Shown here piece after piece: positions 12,861 to 26,324 of a stretch of DNA of 54,739 nt (within the stretch, counting starts at the first letter, position 1; the number at the start of each line of letters is the position of its first letter). A program made the translations under genes and the position numbers. The DNA comes from Eledone cirrhosa (lineage: Eukaryota): assembly GCA_964016885.1 (NCBI GenBank), contig CAXHJY010001686.1, forward strand, positions 1 to 54,739, given 5' to 3'. A model generated the notes under the pieces. The model had not been told where the DNA came from. It searched no databases and was given only the letters and a program-made list of their open reading frames with translations.

Positions 12861-13928
12861 CATTTCCTCCAGCACATCCTGAAAACATCCCACATTTCTA
12901 AATCAACAGGCTACCACCACAACCAGCACCACCTTCAACCAGACACCATTAACATCACAACAACAACAACTGTACGCCATCACCACCTTAGAGCACCATA
13001 GTTGTTACCAATACTATAGCTAACAATTTCTTGCAACTAATGCCAGGTCATCCTTTTAAGATACAACTCACTTCCCTCCTCTCACCCCTCTACAAACAAG
13101 GTATTCCCTCACCCCCATCCCACCATATTTCTACTAACTACCCCCACAAACAAGGTATTTCCCTCCCTCCCTCACCACATTTCCACCAATGACCACTACA
13201 AACAAGTTATCACATTCTAACAATTTCTACAAAACAAAACACTACATTTTAAAAACAACAGTACCAGCTGCCACGCCACCATACCCATAAAGCCAGCCAT
13301 TGTACTACTAATCCAACACAAATACACAGCATTAGATCTTTAAAGGAGACCCCAGACTATAGCAGTTACTAATGTAAACATATCTTGAAGACAATAAAAG
13401 AACAACAAGGATCTTCTATGCAGTTGCAGACTTGTTACAAACAACTAAATTCTCTTAAATAACATTCGTTAAGATAGACAAATATATCTCGTCTTAAATA
13501 TACTAAAAGATGAGTTCATCATAGCCAATATGGCTGTCGAATGAGAGCAACAAATGGCTGAATAACAGCAATAACAACAACATATGTTGGAGACAATACT
13601 AGGTCTACCATAGCCAACAACAACATATGTTAAAGACAAGGTCTACCACAGCCAAATGGCTGAACAACAACAACAACAATATATATTGGAGACAATACTC
13701 ATCATTAAACTACAACCTTTACATCACAATCTCTATAACTACCAGAAAAACTCTATCCTTAACAATTTCTTACTAGATTTCTTATGATAAACATTGCTTA
13801 TGATTTTTCAAATCATTTTGAAAATAATAAATTTGAGGGGATTTAGAAAAATCTTTAACGTTTGAATTATTAACAAAAGTTCTTACATGGAATTACAGTG
13901 GAAAGACTTTCAGATAAATACAAACACT

Positions 13929-14147
13929 TTAACCCTTCAGCATTTAAACCGACCATATCCGGCCAGAATTCTCTCACCTGTTTCTGTTCAAACTGGCTGT
14001 AACTGGCCACTCATACTGATGTTAAGGTATTATTCTCAAAATAAGTAATATCAAAATCTCATAGACTCAATATTATATGAGATAGATAAAGCCTTTACCA
14101 TGAAAATACAATAGTATATATAGAGTATTGTAATACTAAAGGGTTAA
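13929..14147 (+). mobile_element. piggyBac-type MITE
   Basis: TTAA-CCCTTCAGCATTTA ... TAATACTAAAGGG-TTAA; homologous to the copies at 16091 and 29423. Confidence 0.8.
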
Positions 14148-14498
14148 AACAAATAGTTTTATTGTTATAGAACCAGGGGTAGTTTGGTAAAGAAAGGGTT
14201 AAACACAACAGTCACTTATTTCCACCATTGCTGTTACTACCAAGTCTCTATATATAATTTATATGTACTACCACATTAACACATCCTCTCTACCACCACT
14301 ACTACTACTACCACCACTACTATCACTACTACTACCACCACCACTACTACTACCACTACCACTACTACTACCACCACTACCACTACTACTACTACCACCA
14401 CTACTACCACCACTACCACTACCACCACCACTACCACTACTACCACCACCAAAACAACAAACAATACTGCTGCAATAACAAGCTCCCCTCAGCCTTAC

Positions 14499-14570
14499 AG
14501 CCACTTCCACCACATCAAAGGTGCTCTCTGGCAACATCCTCTTTCTCCTTAAGATGTGAGCTATGAAACC
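14499..14570 (-). other. Possible 72-nt exon (GFIAHILRRKRMLPESTFDVVEVA), unverified
   Basis: Unique sequence bounded by tttttaag and GCT|gtaagg, open in phase 0, length a multiple of 3; no homology recognised. Confidence 0.2.
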
Positions 14571-14619
14571 CTTAAAAATACACACAATTCACACTAATGA
14601 CCCACTAGCCCTTTACAAC

Positions 14620-15177
14620 TATCACCATCACCACTACTACTACTACTTCCAACACCACCATCACTACCACCACCACCACCACCACCACCACCACCACCAC
14701 CACCACCACCACCATCACCACCACCACCGCCACCAACACCACCACCATCAACACCACCACCACCACCACCACCGCCACCACCACCACCACCACCATCACC
14801 ATCACCACCACCACCACCACCATCACCATCAACACCACCACCATCACCACCACCACCGCCACCACCGCCACCACCACCATCAACACCACCACCACCACCA
14901 CCACCGCCACCACCACCACCACCATCACCACCACCATCACCACCATCACCACCACCGCCACCACCGCCACCACCACCATCAACACCACCACCACCACCAC
15001 CACCGCCATCACCACCATCACCATCACCACCACCATCACCACCACCATCACCACCACCACCACCATCACCACCACCACCACTACCACCATCACCATCAAC
15101 ACCACCACCATCACCACCACCACCATCAACACCACCACCGCCACCACCACCACCACCGCCACCGCCACCACCACCAC
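14620..15177. repeat. (CAC/CAT)n trinucleotide repeat
   Basis: Direct reading. Confidence 0.97.
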
Positions 15178-15577
15178 AATAACAACAAGCTGGATATATT
15201 CCTGGATGTTGGATGCAGCAGTGGCTGGGATGAATGGATGACTGGTGACTCATCACAACAGAAATAGTGGTGGTTGTTGTTGTTGTTGTTGTTGTTGTTT
15301 AGCAGCATTGATGTGGTGGAATGGAGAGGTAGTGTAACAATGTGACTTTATAGACAGAGGGGGGGGGGGGGGGGGGGGGGCAGAGAGAGAGACAGGGGGG
15401 GGGGGCGAGGAAGGGGAGCAGGGGGGAGAGAAAGGAGAGACAGATGAGAAAGAGAGGGAGAGAAAGGAAAGCCAGAAAGGCAGATAAAAGGAAACACACA
15501 CACACACATATATATATATACATATATATATATATATGTGGAAGATAGACGTTAAACGGTGATGATGATGTGTATGA

Positions 15578-15618
<41 letters not shown>

Positions 15619-16090
15619 TATACAAATATATTGAAATAGTATCAATGACCTTTGTTATATATATATATATATATATCAACGACCTTTGTTATATATATAT
15701 ATATATACACACACATTCACATACATACATAAATATATATACACACATATACACAGAGATACCCCCCCCCCCCCCCCACACACACATGTGTATAATGGTG
15801 AAACTGTATAGAGGCTCATCAGAGAGGCCATTCCTGTAGTTGAGTGGTGATATACTTAATCCATTTCCCCAGTTAAACAGCACTATCTTATCCAGGGGTC
15901 TGAAACTGAAGTACTCAATAGGGTCGTCTTCAGGGAAGAGTCACAGTTGACCAAAAGTGAGATAAGGAGGGGAGTGGGTCGTGACTTCCACCAGTTTAAT
16001 ATTAACCTGCAGCACAGCTCATAGACTGTTATTTAGTTAGGTTAAGTTAGTTAAAATCTGTTCTAAGTTGAAGGTTAATATAACCAGTAC

Positions 16091-16278
16091 TTAACCCCTT
16101 ATATTTTTTGTGGTAAAGGCTTTATCTCACATAATATCGAATCTATGAGATTTTGGTCTTATTTATTTTGAGAACAATACCTTAACATAAGTATGAGTTG
16201 CAAGTTACAGCCAGTTTGAACAGAAAGAGGTGAGAGAATTCAGGCCAGATACGGCCGGTTTAAATGCTAAAGGGTTAA
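16091..16278 (-). mobile_element. piggyBac-type MITE (one end decayed)
   Basis: Reverse-complement homolog of 29423-29640; ends TAAATGCTAAAGGG-TTAA. Confidence 0.78.
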
Positions 16279-16294
16279 CCCCAGTTTTCCTTGG

Positions 16295-16372
16295 CACTAA
16301 GTGACAGAGTACAAGAGTCTCCCTGGACAGGACACCAGTCTATCGCAGGTTTAACTCCCCAGCTATTGCTCC
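16295..16372 (-). mobile_element. SINE 3'/core fragment
   Basis: ccctggacaggacaccagtctatcgcaggtttaactccccagc resembles, from recollection, the body of invertebrate tRNA-SINEs; no second copy in the window. Confidence 0.4.
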
Positions 16373-17324
16373 TACACATCTCAGGCATATGATATTAAAT
16401 GGAGTATGTAAATAAGTACTAAATGTTGTGGAATTAATTTTCCATTTCCTTAATTCTGTATTTCTTTTTAATAAATTCCAGGGTTTCCCATTTTATTGTA
16501 TTCCATGAGTAAATTGCAATAAATTATATTTTATTATTAAAACAGGGAAAAAAATTACCAAGTTTTAGGCAAATATTAGTCATGAAAATTGTTGAACTGT
16601 GGGCCATAAGAATTTAGTTTGTTGTTCACATGTGGCTTTGTAAGCCACATGTTTTAATAGAATCCACTGTGTTGCAAGCATTCCAACCTTCCAACCAGAT
16701 TTCTAATTTAAAAATAACACTTTCCCTCTCTCTCTAGTCTAAGAATCCTTGAAAAAAATCCCATGATTTAGCCTTTTATTGTCAAACTAAGCCTCTTTAT
16801 AACGAAAAGTAGAATACAGCCATAGGAAAGAAACTAACTAGAGAGGGATTTCTTAGAGGCATGGAGGTAAGCAGGAATGGAGAAGGGGCTTACTAGCAAT
16901 TGTAGAAATTACAATAAGAATTCTATGTTATTTATCTTAAATAAATCCTCTGGTATGATGTGAATTTGTTAGGGGGGGGGGTGTAAGAAATGGAGAAAAA
17001 GGAAGTGTCTAAGAAACATAAGTAGCCTGAAAATGGTTTTTTTTTATATTTTGTTTGTACATAAACAACTGTGTATGTACTCAGGTATTCTACACAGGTA
17101 AACATTGTGTGTAAGGATGTGACAATATGTACCCAAGTATTGTACACAGGTATACTATGTGCATGTGGGTGTGTGTGGATATCTACATACAGATGTGGAT
17201 ATCTACATACAGATGTGAATATATAGATACAGATGTGGATATCTACATACAGATGAGCAGATTTAGTTAACTTCTAATTCCCCATTATCTTCGATCCAAA
17301 AGAGAACTTTCCAGATCCACCTCT

Positions 17325-17622
17325 CACCCCTCCACACACCAGACACCCCTCCACACACCAGACACCCCTCCACACACCAGTCACCCCTCCACACACCAGA
17401 CACCCCTCCACACACCAGTCACCCCTTCACACACCAGACACCCCTCCACACACCAGACACCCCTCCACACACCAGACACCCCTCCACACACCAGTCACCC
17501 CTCCACACACCAGTCACCCCTCCACACACCAGTCACCCCTTCACACACCAGACACCCCTCCACACACCAGACACCCCTCCACACACCAGACACCCCTCCA
17601 CACACCAGTCACCCCTCCACAC
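17325..17622. repeat. 19-bp minisatellite
   Basis: Unit (A/T)CACCCCTCCACACACCAG. Confidence 0.97.
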
Positions 17623-17954
17623 CTTCACACACACAAATCACCATCTCTCACCTTTCATACATTTCTGAACAAAAACATGGTGTAAGTGCGGGTGTGGGTG
17701 TGTGTGTGTGGGGGGGGGGGTAAAGACGCGGTGTATGGCGGGGGTGTGTGGGGGGGTCTTATCAGTAGAACATTACAGAATGGTTTTATGTGAGGGAGGT
17801 GGGATGGGAGGTCAGTGGTAATCCATCTGTGAGACCCTAATAGAAGGACATCTCTCTCAAGACAACACTGACCCCTACCTTAACATAACTAGACATATCT
17901 TTAGGTAAAGAAAACACAGGAAGGCTAACAATGGCGGAGGAATGGGTGGTGGAG

Positions 17955-18646
17955 ATGGTGGTAGTAGTGGTGTGGTGGTGAGGCAGTGGTGGTGGTAGTA
18001 GTGGTGTGGTGGTGAGGCAGTGGTGGTGGTAGTAGTGGTGTGGGTGGTGAGGTGGTGGGTGGTGGTAGTGGTGATGGTGAGTGGTGGTAGTAATGGTGAG
18101 GTGGTAGTAGTGGTGATGGTGAGGTGGTGGTAGTAGTGGTGAGGTGGTAGTAGTGGTGATGGTGAGGTGGTGGTAGTAGTGGTGTGGTGGTGAGGCAGTG
18201 GTGGTAGTAGTGGTGATGGTGAGATGGTGGTAGTAGTGGTGTGGTGGTGAGGCAGTGGTGGTGGTAGTAGTGGTGTGGTGGTGAGGCAGTGGTGGTGGTA
18301 GTAGTGGTGTGGTGGTGAGGCAGTGGTGGTAGTAGTGGTGATGGTGAGGTGGTGGTAGTAGTGGTGAGGTGGTAGTAGTGGTGATGGTGAGGTGGTGGTA
18401 GTAGTGGTGAGGTGGTAGTAGTGGTGATGGTGAGGTGGTGGTAGTAGTGGTGATGGTGAGGTGGTGGTAGTAGTGGTGGTAGTAGTGGTGTGGTGGTAGT
18501 AGTGGTGAGGTGGTAGTAGTGGTGATGGTGAGGTGGTGGTAGTAGTGGTGAGGTGGTAGTAGTGGTGATGGTGAGGTGGTGGTAGTAGTGGTGTGGTGGT
18601 GAGGCAGTGGTGGTGGTAGTAGTGGTGATGGTGAGGTGGTGGTAGT
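17955..18646. repeat. GT-rich compound minisatellite
   Basis: ggtagtagtggtgatggtgaggt and gtggtggtgaggcagt units. Confidence 0.92.
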
Positions 18647-19106
18647 GAGTAAATAAACACCAAAGAAAACAAAAGACAGTGAACAACAAATTAGGTGGCA
18701 GTTGACAATGATGGTGATGGTGATGATGATGATTTAGGGAGAAGCAGGGGGGGGGAGAAATGTCTAAGACCGGAAAGAGGGCAAAGAAACAGGAAATGAC
18801 AAATGATCCCATGGGTGTATGGGTGTGAGATCTTCTTCAGCCAGGCAGTAATAGTAACTAACCTATAATGGTTTAAAGAATAGGGGACATTGGTTATGGA
18901 AGAGGAGGAGGAGGACAGGAGCTGAACTAAACTGAACTAAACAGGCAATATTATAAGATATCATACATGTCCATTGATAACAGGACTTAGTTAGGGAGAG
19001 AACAGAAGAGGGTTGTAGGGTTTGAAATAACAAATGATCAAGGGACTAGGTTAGCATACATATTCACACACAATATAGCCAGCCAAGCAACCACACTATA
19101 GTTTAC

Positions 19107-19508
<402 letters not shown>

Positions 19509-19830
19509 GGGGGGGGGGGGCAGGGAAGTTGTGGGCAAGAGTGACAAATGATTTTAAAGATACTTTGATTGGTAGGAATTGATTTTGGAAGAGGACAAAT
19601 TAGAATAGAAGGAGAAGAAGGTGTAATATAGGGAATATAAGAACATTTATTCTGAATGGAATTTAATATAATGGTTTCTTATCATGTGACCATACCACCA
19701 CCATTACCACTAGCCAAACTTCTACTGATTTACCACCACCACCACCACCACCAGCCCTCCACTGAAATACTGGAACATTTTATGAGACAAGACATATAAG
19801 TGCTAGTAAAATGAAACATTCCTGCTTTTC

Positions 19831-20716
19831 GCTGTAGATAGTAACAACTGTGTGAAGGTGAGTTGTTAGGTTGTTCCTAGCTGTAGAAAGTAACAACTGT
19901 GTGAAGGTGAGTTGTTAGGTTGTTCCTAGCTGTAGAAAGTAACAACTGTGTGAAGGTGAGTTGTTAGGTTGTTCCTAGCTGTAGAAAGTAACAACTGTGT
20001 GAAGGTGAGTTGTTAGGTTGTTCCTAGCTGTAGAAAGTAACAACTATGTGAAGGTGAGTTGTTAGGTTGTTCCTAGCTGTAGAAAGTAACAACTGTGTGA
20101 AGGTGAGTTGTTAGGTTGTTCCTAGCTGTAGAAAGTAACAACTGTGTGAAGGTGAGTTGTTAGGTTGTTCCTAGCTGTAGAAAGTAACAACTATGTGAAG
20201 GTGAGTTGTTAGGTTGTTCCTAGCTGTAGAAAGTAACAACTGTGTGAAGGTGAGTTGTTAGGTTGTTCCTAGCTGTAGAAAGTAACAACTGTGTGAAGGT
20301 GAGTTGTTAGGTTGTTCCTAGCTGTAGAAAGTAACAACTATGTGAAGGTGAGTTGTTAGGTTGTTCCTAGCTGTAGAAAGTAACAACTGTGTGAAGGTGA
20401 GTTGTTAGGTTGTTCCTAGCTGTAGAAAGTAACAACTGTGTGAAGGTGAGTTGTTAGGTTGTTCCTAGCTGTAGAAAGTAACAACTGTGTGAAGGTGAGT
20501 TGTTAGGTTGTTCCTAGCTGTAGAAAGTAACAACTGTGTGAAGGTGAGTTGTTAGGTTGTTCCTAGCTGTAGAAAGTAACAACTGTGTGAAGGTGAGTTG
20601 TTAGGTTGTTCCTAGCTGTAGAAAGTAACAACTGTGTGAAGGTGAGTTGTTAGGTTGTTCCTAGCTGTAGAAAGTAACAACTGTGTGAAGGTGAGTTGTT
20701 AGGTTGTTCCTAGCTG
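19831..20716. repeat. 49-bp tandem repeat (~18 near-identical units)
   Basis: Unit GCTGTAGAAAGTAACAACTGTGTGAAGGTGAGTTGTTAGGTTGTTCCTA. Confidence 0.97.
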
Positions 20717-20919
20717 AGGTTTGATACTAAATTGTTGATCCAGTAACTGATCTTTTCTAAAAACAAATCAAGAATATGGACATAGTGGTTGCATCTTCTT
20801 ATTCCTGAGAGGGTCGTGTCATTGGGACAGAGTCCTCAAACAGTCCTTCCAGTGGGTCCTGTCAGAAGTAACCCTCTCCAACTGATCTGGCTGGATCCCC
20901 AAGACCAGCCAACAATTTT

Positions 20920-21106
20920 GGCAGGAGGGGAAAGTTGATTAAATCGACCCCATTGCATTACTGGTACTTTATTTTATCGACCCTGTAAGGATGAAAGGCA
21001 AAGTTAACCTCGGCGGGATTTGAACTCAGAATGTTAAGGGCCGTAACTCTATACAGCCGCAAAGCAGAGTGTCTGACGCTCTGCCGACACTGCCAATCCA
21101 CCGCCG
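20920..21106 (-). mobile_element. tRNA-derived SINE family A
   Basis: Same core and B box in reverse; head ends tgccaatccaccgcc. Confidence 0.88.
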
Positions 21107-21177
21107 TAATAATAATGAGAAAGTAATATTACTAAATTCCTTTAAATTGATTATTTTCCAGATTATTCAAATACCAT

Positions 21178-21208
<31 letters not shown>

Positions 21209-21241
21209 ATTAACGTCTATCTTCCACGCTAGCATGGGTTA
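21178..21241 (-). mobile_element. Extreme 3' tail of an RTE-type element
   Basis: (CAT)n + ttaacgtctatcttccacgctagcatgggtt matches the terminus at 31284-31332. Confidence 0.75.
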
Positions 21242-21478
21242 ATGTCTTTCATAAGAAATACAAGGAAAGAGTTAAAACAGACATATAGAATAAAGTTGTG
21301 AGCTGAGATGCCAAAAATTACAATGGAAATACCTGTAACTAATTTAAACTTATGAAATTGAGTTAGTGGGTTAAATATATTGCTCTGTAGGGTATTTTAG
21401 CCCAACACGGGGGGAGATGAAGGTTAACATCTCTTACAACGATTTCAACATGGAACTGTCAAACACTGAATAAAATGT

Positions 21479-21687
21479 AATTTCAAAGTATGTTTTTGCT
21501 ATCAAGCAGAGAATCACGACACATAAATTACCACAATAAAATAAATGTGATTAAATCTAGGGTTAATCCCTTCAGGCAGAAAAAAATGGATATTTTCCTG
21601 ATTTATATGGAACTATTTTATAATGATGATTCACATGAAGTGGCTAGTTTTTTGTTTGCTTGATAGCAAAAAACATATTTTGAAATT
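21479..21687. mobile_element. Putative MITE with ~30-bp inverted repeats
   Basis: AATTTCAAAGTATGTTTTTGCTATCAAGCA (21479-21508) versus TGCTTGATAGCAAAAAACATATTTTGAAATT (21657-21687). Confidence 0.5.
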
Positions 21688-22757
21688 TCAATCTACCACA
21701 TGCTTCACAAACTTTGTGTATTAAGTCTGGTTAGAAGAGCAGAGTTCTGATTTTACACTCCACACTATCTTCTGATCTCCTGATTGAAGTTATTAATCTC
21801 TGTGGATTATAACTTATTTCAGTCACACAAAACATTAGGAAAAATATTTAAAAATAAATAAAGTGGAGTAAGCTGTGAACTTCATGCATATGTGTAAATG
21901 AAGATGTGATAAAGTGGAAGCTGTGAGCTTCATGCATGTATCAATGAAGATGTGTTAAAGTAGAAGATGTGTTAAAGTAGAAGCTATTTGAAGATAAAAA
22001 GAAGGACCATGAAGACCAACAGGTTCTTCCCCCCCCCCCTCTATATTAACACTATCGATATCCCCAGCACCAAGACAGCCTGGAATCACCACAGCCAAAC
22101 ACAACCATTACTACCATAGACGATACAATACAGATCAGATCGATATTAAGAATGACTAATAACTTCCAATAACATTCACCACACACTCCTTATCTCCCAT
22201 CATACCACCAAACATGACCCACATCCTGTCCTCCCCTAATCCCTAATATACACCACCACCACCCATGCCAGAGACCATTCTAAACCCTACTTTCCTTCCT
22301 CCTTATTGCCCCCTTTTTCCCCTACACCAGCAACATCTCAAAAGACTTTCACCCCCCCCCCCCCCCACACACACCAACAACAATGGCAGCACCCCTTTCT
22401 CCAAAGAACCCCACCACCACTTTGTTCTCTCTCTATCTCTCTCACACACACTCTCTCTCTCTCTCTCTCACAACATCCAGTATGTCTTCAGATTCTTATC
22501 CAAGCAACCTAACCACAACACCTAACTACAGTATACACTCATATCTCTCAATATAATCAAACCTTCCAAACCCTTTCAATATCAAATTTGGGGTTGCTCC
22601 CTAAAATAATATCCAGGCCTGCCTAAAACAAAAAACTTCTTCATACAACCCCCCCCCCCCCTATTTTTAGACACAGCATTTGTTTTTTGTTTAAGAAAAC
22701 TTACCATATATATATATTATATATTATATATATTATATATTATATATATTATATATA

Positions 22758-22858
22758 TTTTAAAGGATTGTAAATAAAACGAGTAAATCAGACAAAGTTG
22801 GAATTCCTCTTATTAATATAATCTTCTATACACAATCATACACACCCGTGTATATTTA
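22758..22858 (+). repeat. Fragment of hammerhead family 2 repeat (distal end)
   Basis: Matches 34604-34662 directly and 34262-34365 as reverse complement. Confidence 0.8.
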
Positions 22859-22931
22859 CCTATCTATATCTATATATATATATATATATGTGTGTGAATA
22901 TAAGCTTAGGAATATGTGACTAAAAACTAGT

Positions 22932-23348
22932 GCCACCACCACCACCACCACCATTACCAACACCACCTCATACTCCACCGCCACCACGACCACCAACAAC
23001 AGTACCATTACCACAACCACCATCATTATTATCAGTGCAAACACCAACACCAACACAGCCGCCACCACTACCACCACCACCACCACCACCACCACCAATA
23101 CAACCACCAACACCAACACCACTACTACCACCAACACCACTACTACCACCATTACCACCATTACCACCACCACCACCAATACAACCACCACCACCACCAC
23201 TACTACCACCACCACCAACATCACTACCACCACCACCAATACAACCACCACCACCACTACCACCAACACCACCACCACCACCAACACCACTACCACCACT
23301 ACCAACATCACTACCACCACCAATACAACCACCACCACTACCACACTA
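22932..23348. repeat. (CCA)n-type repeat
   Basis: Direct reading. Confidence 0.93.
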
Positions 23349-24145
23349 CATAAATCAGATGTGGATATAAGGGGACTGAAGGAATTTCCTAAAATGTAAG
23401 GAAGAGGCAGGCTTCCTCGGAAGAGCAGACAGTTTCAATAGAGAAAGGTGAGAGGAGAAGCTGGGCGGAGTAAAGGAACTATGCATAAGAAAATAAAAAC
23501 ACTTGCTAAAGTTAGGGAGAAGAAAGAGTTCCTTATTACACACACACACACACATACACATACATACACTCTCCAGTACATGCAGCTTTTATTGATGATG
23601 TTAAACCCCCTCTCCCACCCCCTCCTCTCACTCAATGCTGCTCTTATTGATGATACTACCTACTACCCCCCCCCCCCCCCCTCCAACTCTCTGCTAATCA
23701 ATCGAGGAGAATGGAAGAATGTGGTTTAAAGATTTGCTGCTAGAATGCATAAATGTATTTTTGTTAATGGTGAAACTTTGATCACCAATAAAACATCAAC
23801 GAAGGATTTTGCACACAATGTACTTCTTCAGAGGATGGTGGTGGTGGTGGGGGTAGGGGGGGGGGTATTCAGGAATAGCTATATAATCATTCATTCATAC
23901 ATGCTCTCTCTCTCTCTCTCATACATAGATAAACATATACAAATATTCATACATATATACATACATGCTCTCTCTCTCATACATATACAAATATACATAA
24001 ACATATATACACATATGCTCTCTGTCTCTCTTCTCATACATACATAACCATATACAAATATACATAAAAACATATATATATATATATATATATACATAGT
24101 ATCTCTCCCTTTTCTCATACATACACACATATGTACATATATACA

Positions 24146-24192
<47 letters not shown>

Positions 24193-24288
24193 GCTCTCCC
24201 TTTCTCACACCCTTCTCATACATACACAAATATAAATTTACATATATATACATACATGCAGACATACACACATACATACATAACTATT

Positions 24289-24330
<42 letters not shown>

Positions 24331-24339
24331 TATATAGTA

Positions 24340-24582
24340 GATGGTTAAGATCCAGTCATGGATCTAAACCATCTACAGATGAGGATGAACTGTTGAAGTT
24401 AACTCAGTACCTCTGAAATATGTATAATAAAATATACTTGATCACAAGAAGTTCTATTTTTGTTAATATTTTGAATGAATATTAATAACTTCGGAAAACC
24501 ATTACTGTTGAGTGCTTCCAATCTATTGTAAAACTCATTCTTTGATTTATTCATTGAGCCTTGTTTAACCTTTAAATATATA
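24340..24582 (+). mobile_element. Penelope pLTR-like repeat (family 1) with decayed hammerhead
   Basis: CAGATGA GGATGAAC...GTACCTCT GAAATATGTATAATAAAA, followed by the reverse complement of 1600-1760. Confidence 0.6.
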
Positions 24583-24586
24583 TATA

Positions 24587-24721
24587 ACAAAGGAATTGTG
24601 GTAAGGAACCAGATGGACCATAACGCACCACAGTACTCAATACTTAGGGTAGTAGAGTAGTTCTGAGTTGAGAAATAGCCGTCGAAACGGCTTGAGCTCT
24701 GCCGTCGGGGTCATACTTTTT

Positions 24722-24724
<3 letters not shown>
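24587..24724 (+). repeat. Dispersed repeat family C
   Basis: Homolog of 5516-5650. Confidence 0.8.
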
Positions 24725-24768
<44 letters not shown>

Positions 24769-25289
24769 TTTTATTGGTTTCATAGCTCCGCCATCTCTTC
24801 TTGACTGGTAGATTATTTTATCAATGTGGGAACAAATGAAAGATAAAAAACCAACCTAGGACAGGAGGGGGGGGGGGTAGAGAGGAGAGAGAGAAAAGAG
24901 AGGGGAGAGGAAGAGAGGGGGTAGAGGAGAGTGAGGGAGTAGAGAGGAGAGACAGAGGAAGAGAAGAGAGGGGGGAGAGGAAGAAGAGAGGGCGAGAGGA
25001 AGAAGAGAGAGGGGCGAGAAGAGAGGAGAAAAATGAAAGAAAGCACCAACGTAGTATAGGTGAGAGAAGAGAGGGGAAGAGGAAAGGATAGGAGAGGGGA
25101 GAGATATAAATTAGAATGTAAACAACTATATTGTTGCAACAATCTCTCACCTATTTCTCAATATAATTAGTGAACAGTAATAAATTGTACAGGTAATCTT
25201 TCAAATTAACGTTCCCCGTCTCTCATATATGGAAACATATAATATACACAACAGCATCCTAATAAATATTGCCTGTACAGGTAATCAAA

Positions 25290-25317
25290 GTGTGTATACA
25301 TTTTTTGGGTCACCCTG
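25290..25317. mobile_element. Possible Tc1/mariner TIR remnant
   Basis: Minus strand CAGGGTGACCCAAAAAATGTATACAC has the CAGGGTG start typical of Tc1/mariner TIRs; no clear partner TIR. Confidence 0.35.
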
Positions 25318-25528
25318 AGTGTGTGTGTATATATGTGTGTGTGTGTAAAAATTGCCTCCTGTGATTTGTTTGGTTCATTATTAACTATATATATATATAT
25401 ATATATGCAGAGGTTATTTTCAATTTGTTGGGATTCAACAAACTTAAACATTTTTATAACTGATATAAAGCACTCAACATTATTGTCTTTTTCCGGCTAT
25501 GTCAATATTTATTTATAAAACAAATCTG

Positions 25529-25594
25529 TATTTTATCTGATGAAGGCGCACCATAATTTGCCTTGGTTGCCCTTGAAATATGTATAATAAAATA
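25529..25594 (+). ncRNA. Minimal type I hammerhead ribozyme motif (family 1)
   Basis: Stem I TATTTTAT/ATAAAATA; CTGATGA 25537-25543; stem II AGGCGCACCA...TGGTTGCCCTT; GAAA 25575-25578; stem III TATGTA; UA. Confidence 0.72.
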
Positions 25595-25682
25595 AATATG
25601 GTTTTATAAATATAGTTTCCATTTATTAATATACTGTATATATATATATATATATATTTATATGCATATATATATATTTATA

Positions 25683-25789
<107 letters not shown>

Positions 25790-25810
25790 GCATATCTCTA
25801 TATATATATA

Positions 25811-25862
<52 letters not shown>

Positions 25863-25964
25863 GTATCAACAGTCGATTGACTCTCGTCAAGTCGGACCAA
25901 AGGAAACAACGTTTCCATTGGTCTTCCAGTTGCTAATACTATCTAGCAGTCGCAACTCCAGGTA

Positions 25965-26086
25965 GAAGGAGTAACGTGAAATAAAGTGTCTTGCTCAAGG
26001 ACATAATGCATCACCTGGTCCAGGAATCGAACTCACAACCTCACAATTGCGAATCCATTTCTCTAACCACTTAGCCATGCGCCTTA
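25965..26086 (-). mobile_element. tRNA-derived SINE family B head
   Basis: Minus strand AAGGCGCATGGCTAAGTGGTTAGAG...GAGTTCGATTCC...GTCCTTGAGCAAGACACTTTATTTCACG. Confidence 0.85.
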
Positions 26087-26207
26087 TATATATGCATATA
26101 TATATTATATATATACATATATATATACATATATATATTATATATGCATATCATCATCATCATCATGATATATATATATTATATATGTATATATATATAT
26201 TATATAT

Positions 26208-26324
26208 GTTTTAATATAGATGAGATTCTACAGGACTAGAACTGTTTCATTCATTAGAAATCATCAGGTGATTTCTAATGAATGAAACAGTTCTAGTCCT
26301 GTAGAATCTCATCTATATTAAAAC
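26208..26324. repeat. Perfect palindrome (56-bp arms, 5-nt loop) containing a truncated hammerhead core
   Basis: 26208-26263 is the reverse complement of 26269-26324; minus strand reads CTGATGA TTTC-taat-GAAT GAAAC A GTT at 26267-26240. Confidence 0.9.

Noticed and set aside
14563-15267. Poly-His, poly-Gly and poly-Val ORFs (also poly-Pro at 22930 and poly-Asn at 50496)
   Set aside because: Trinucleotide microsatellites that are open in several frames.
19831-20716. CRISPR-like regular repeats (also 51895-54491 and 44003-44540)
   Set aside because: Head-to-tail units without unique spacers, no cas genes, eukaryotic context.
20790-20900. Possible LINE C-terminal remnant (minus strand ERVTSDRTHWKDCL)
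   Set aside because: Too short and diverged to support without a search.
24660-24712. CGAAAC in family C as a hammerhead
   Set aside because: No CUGANGA core upstream in any of the three copies.
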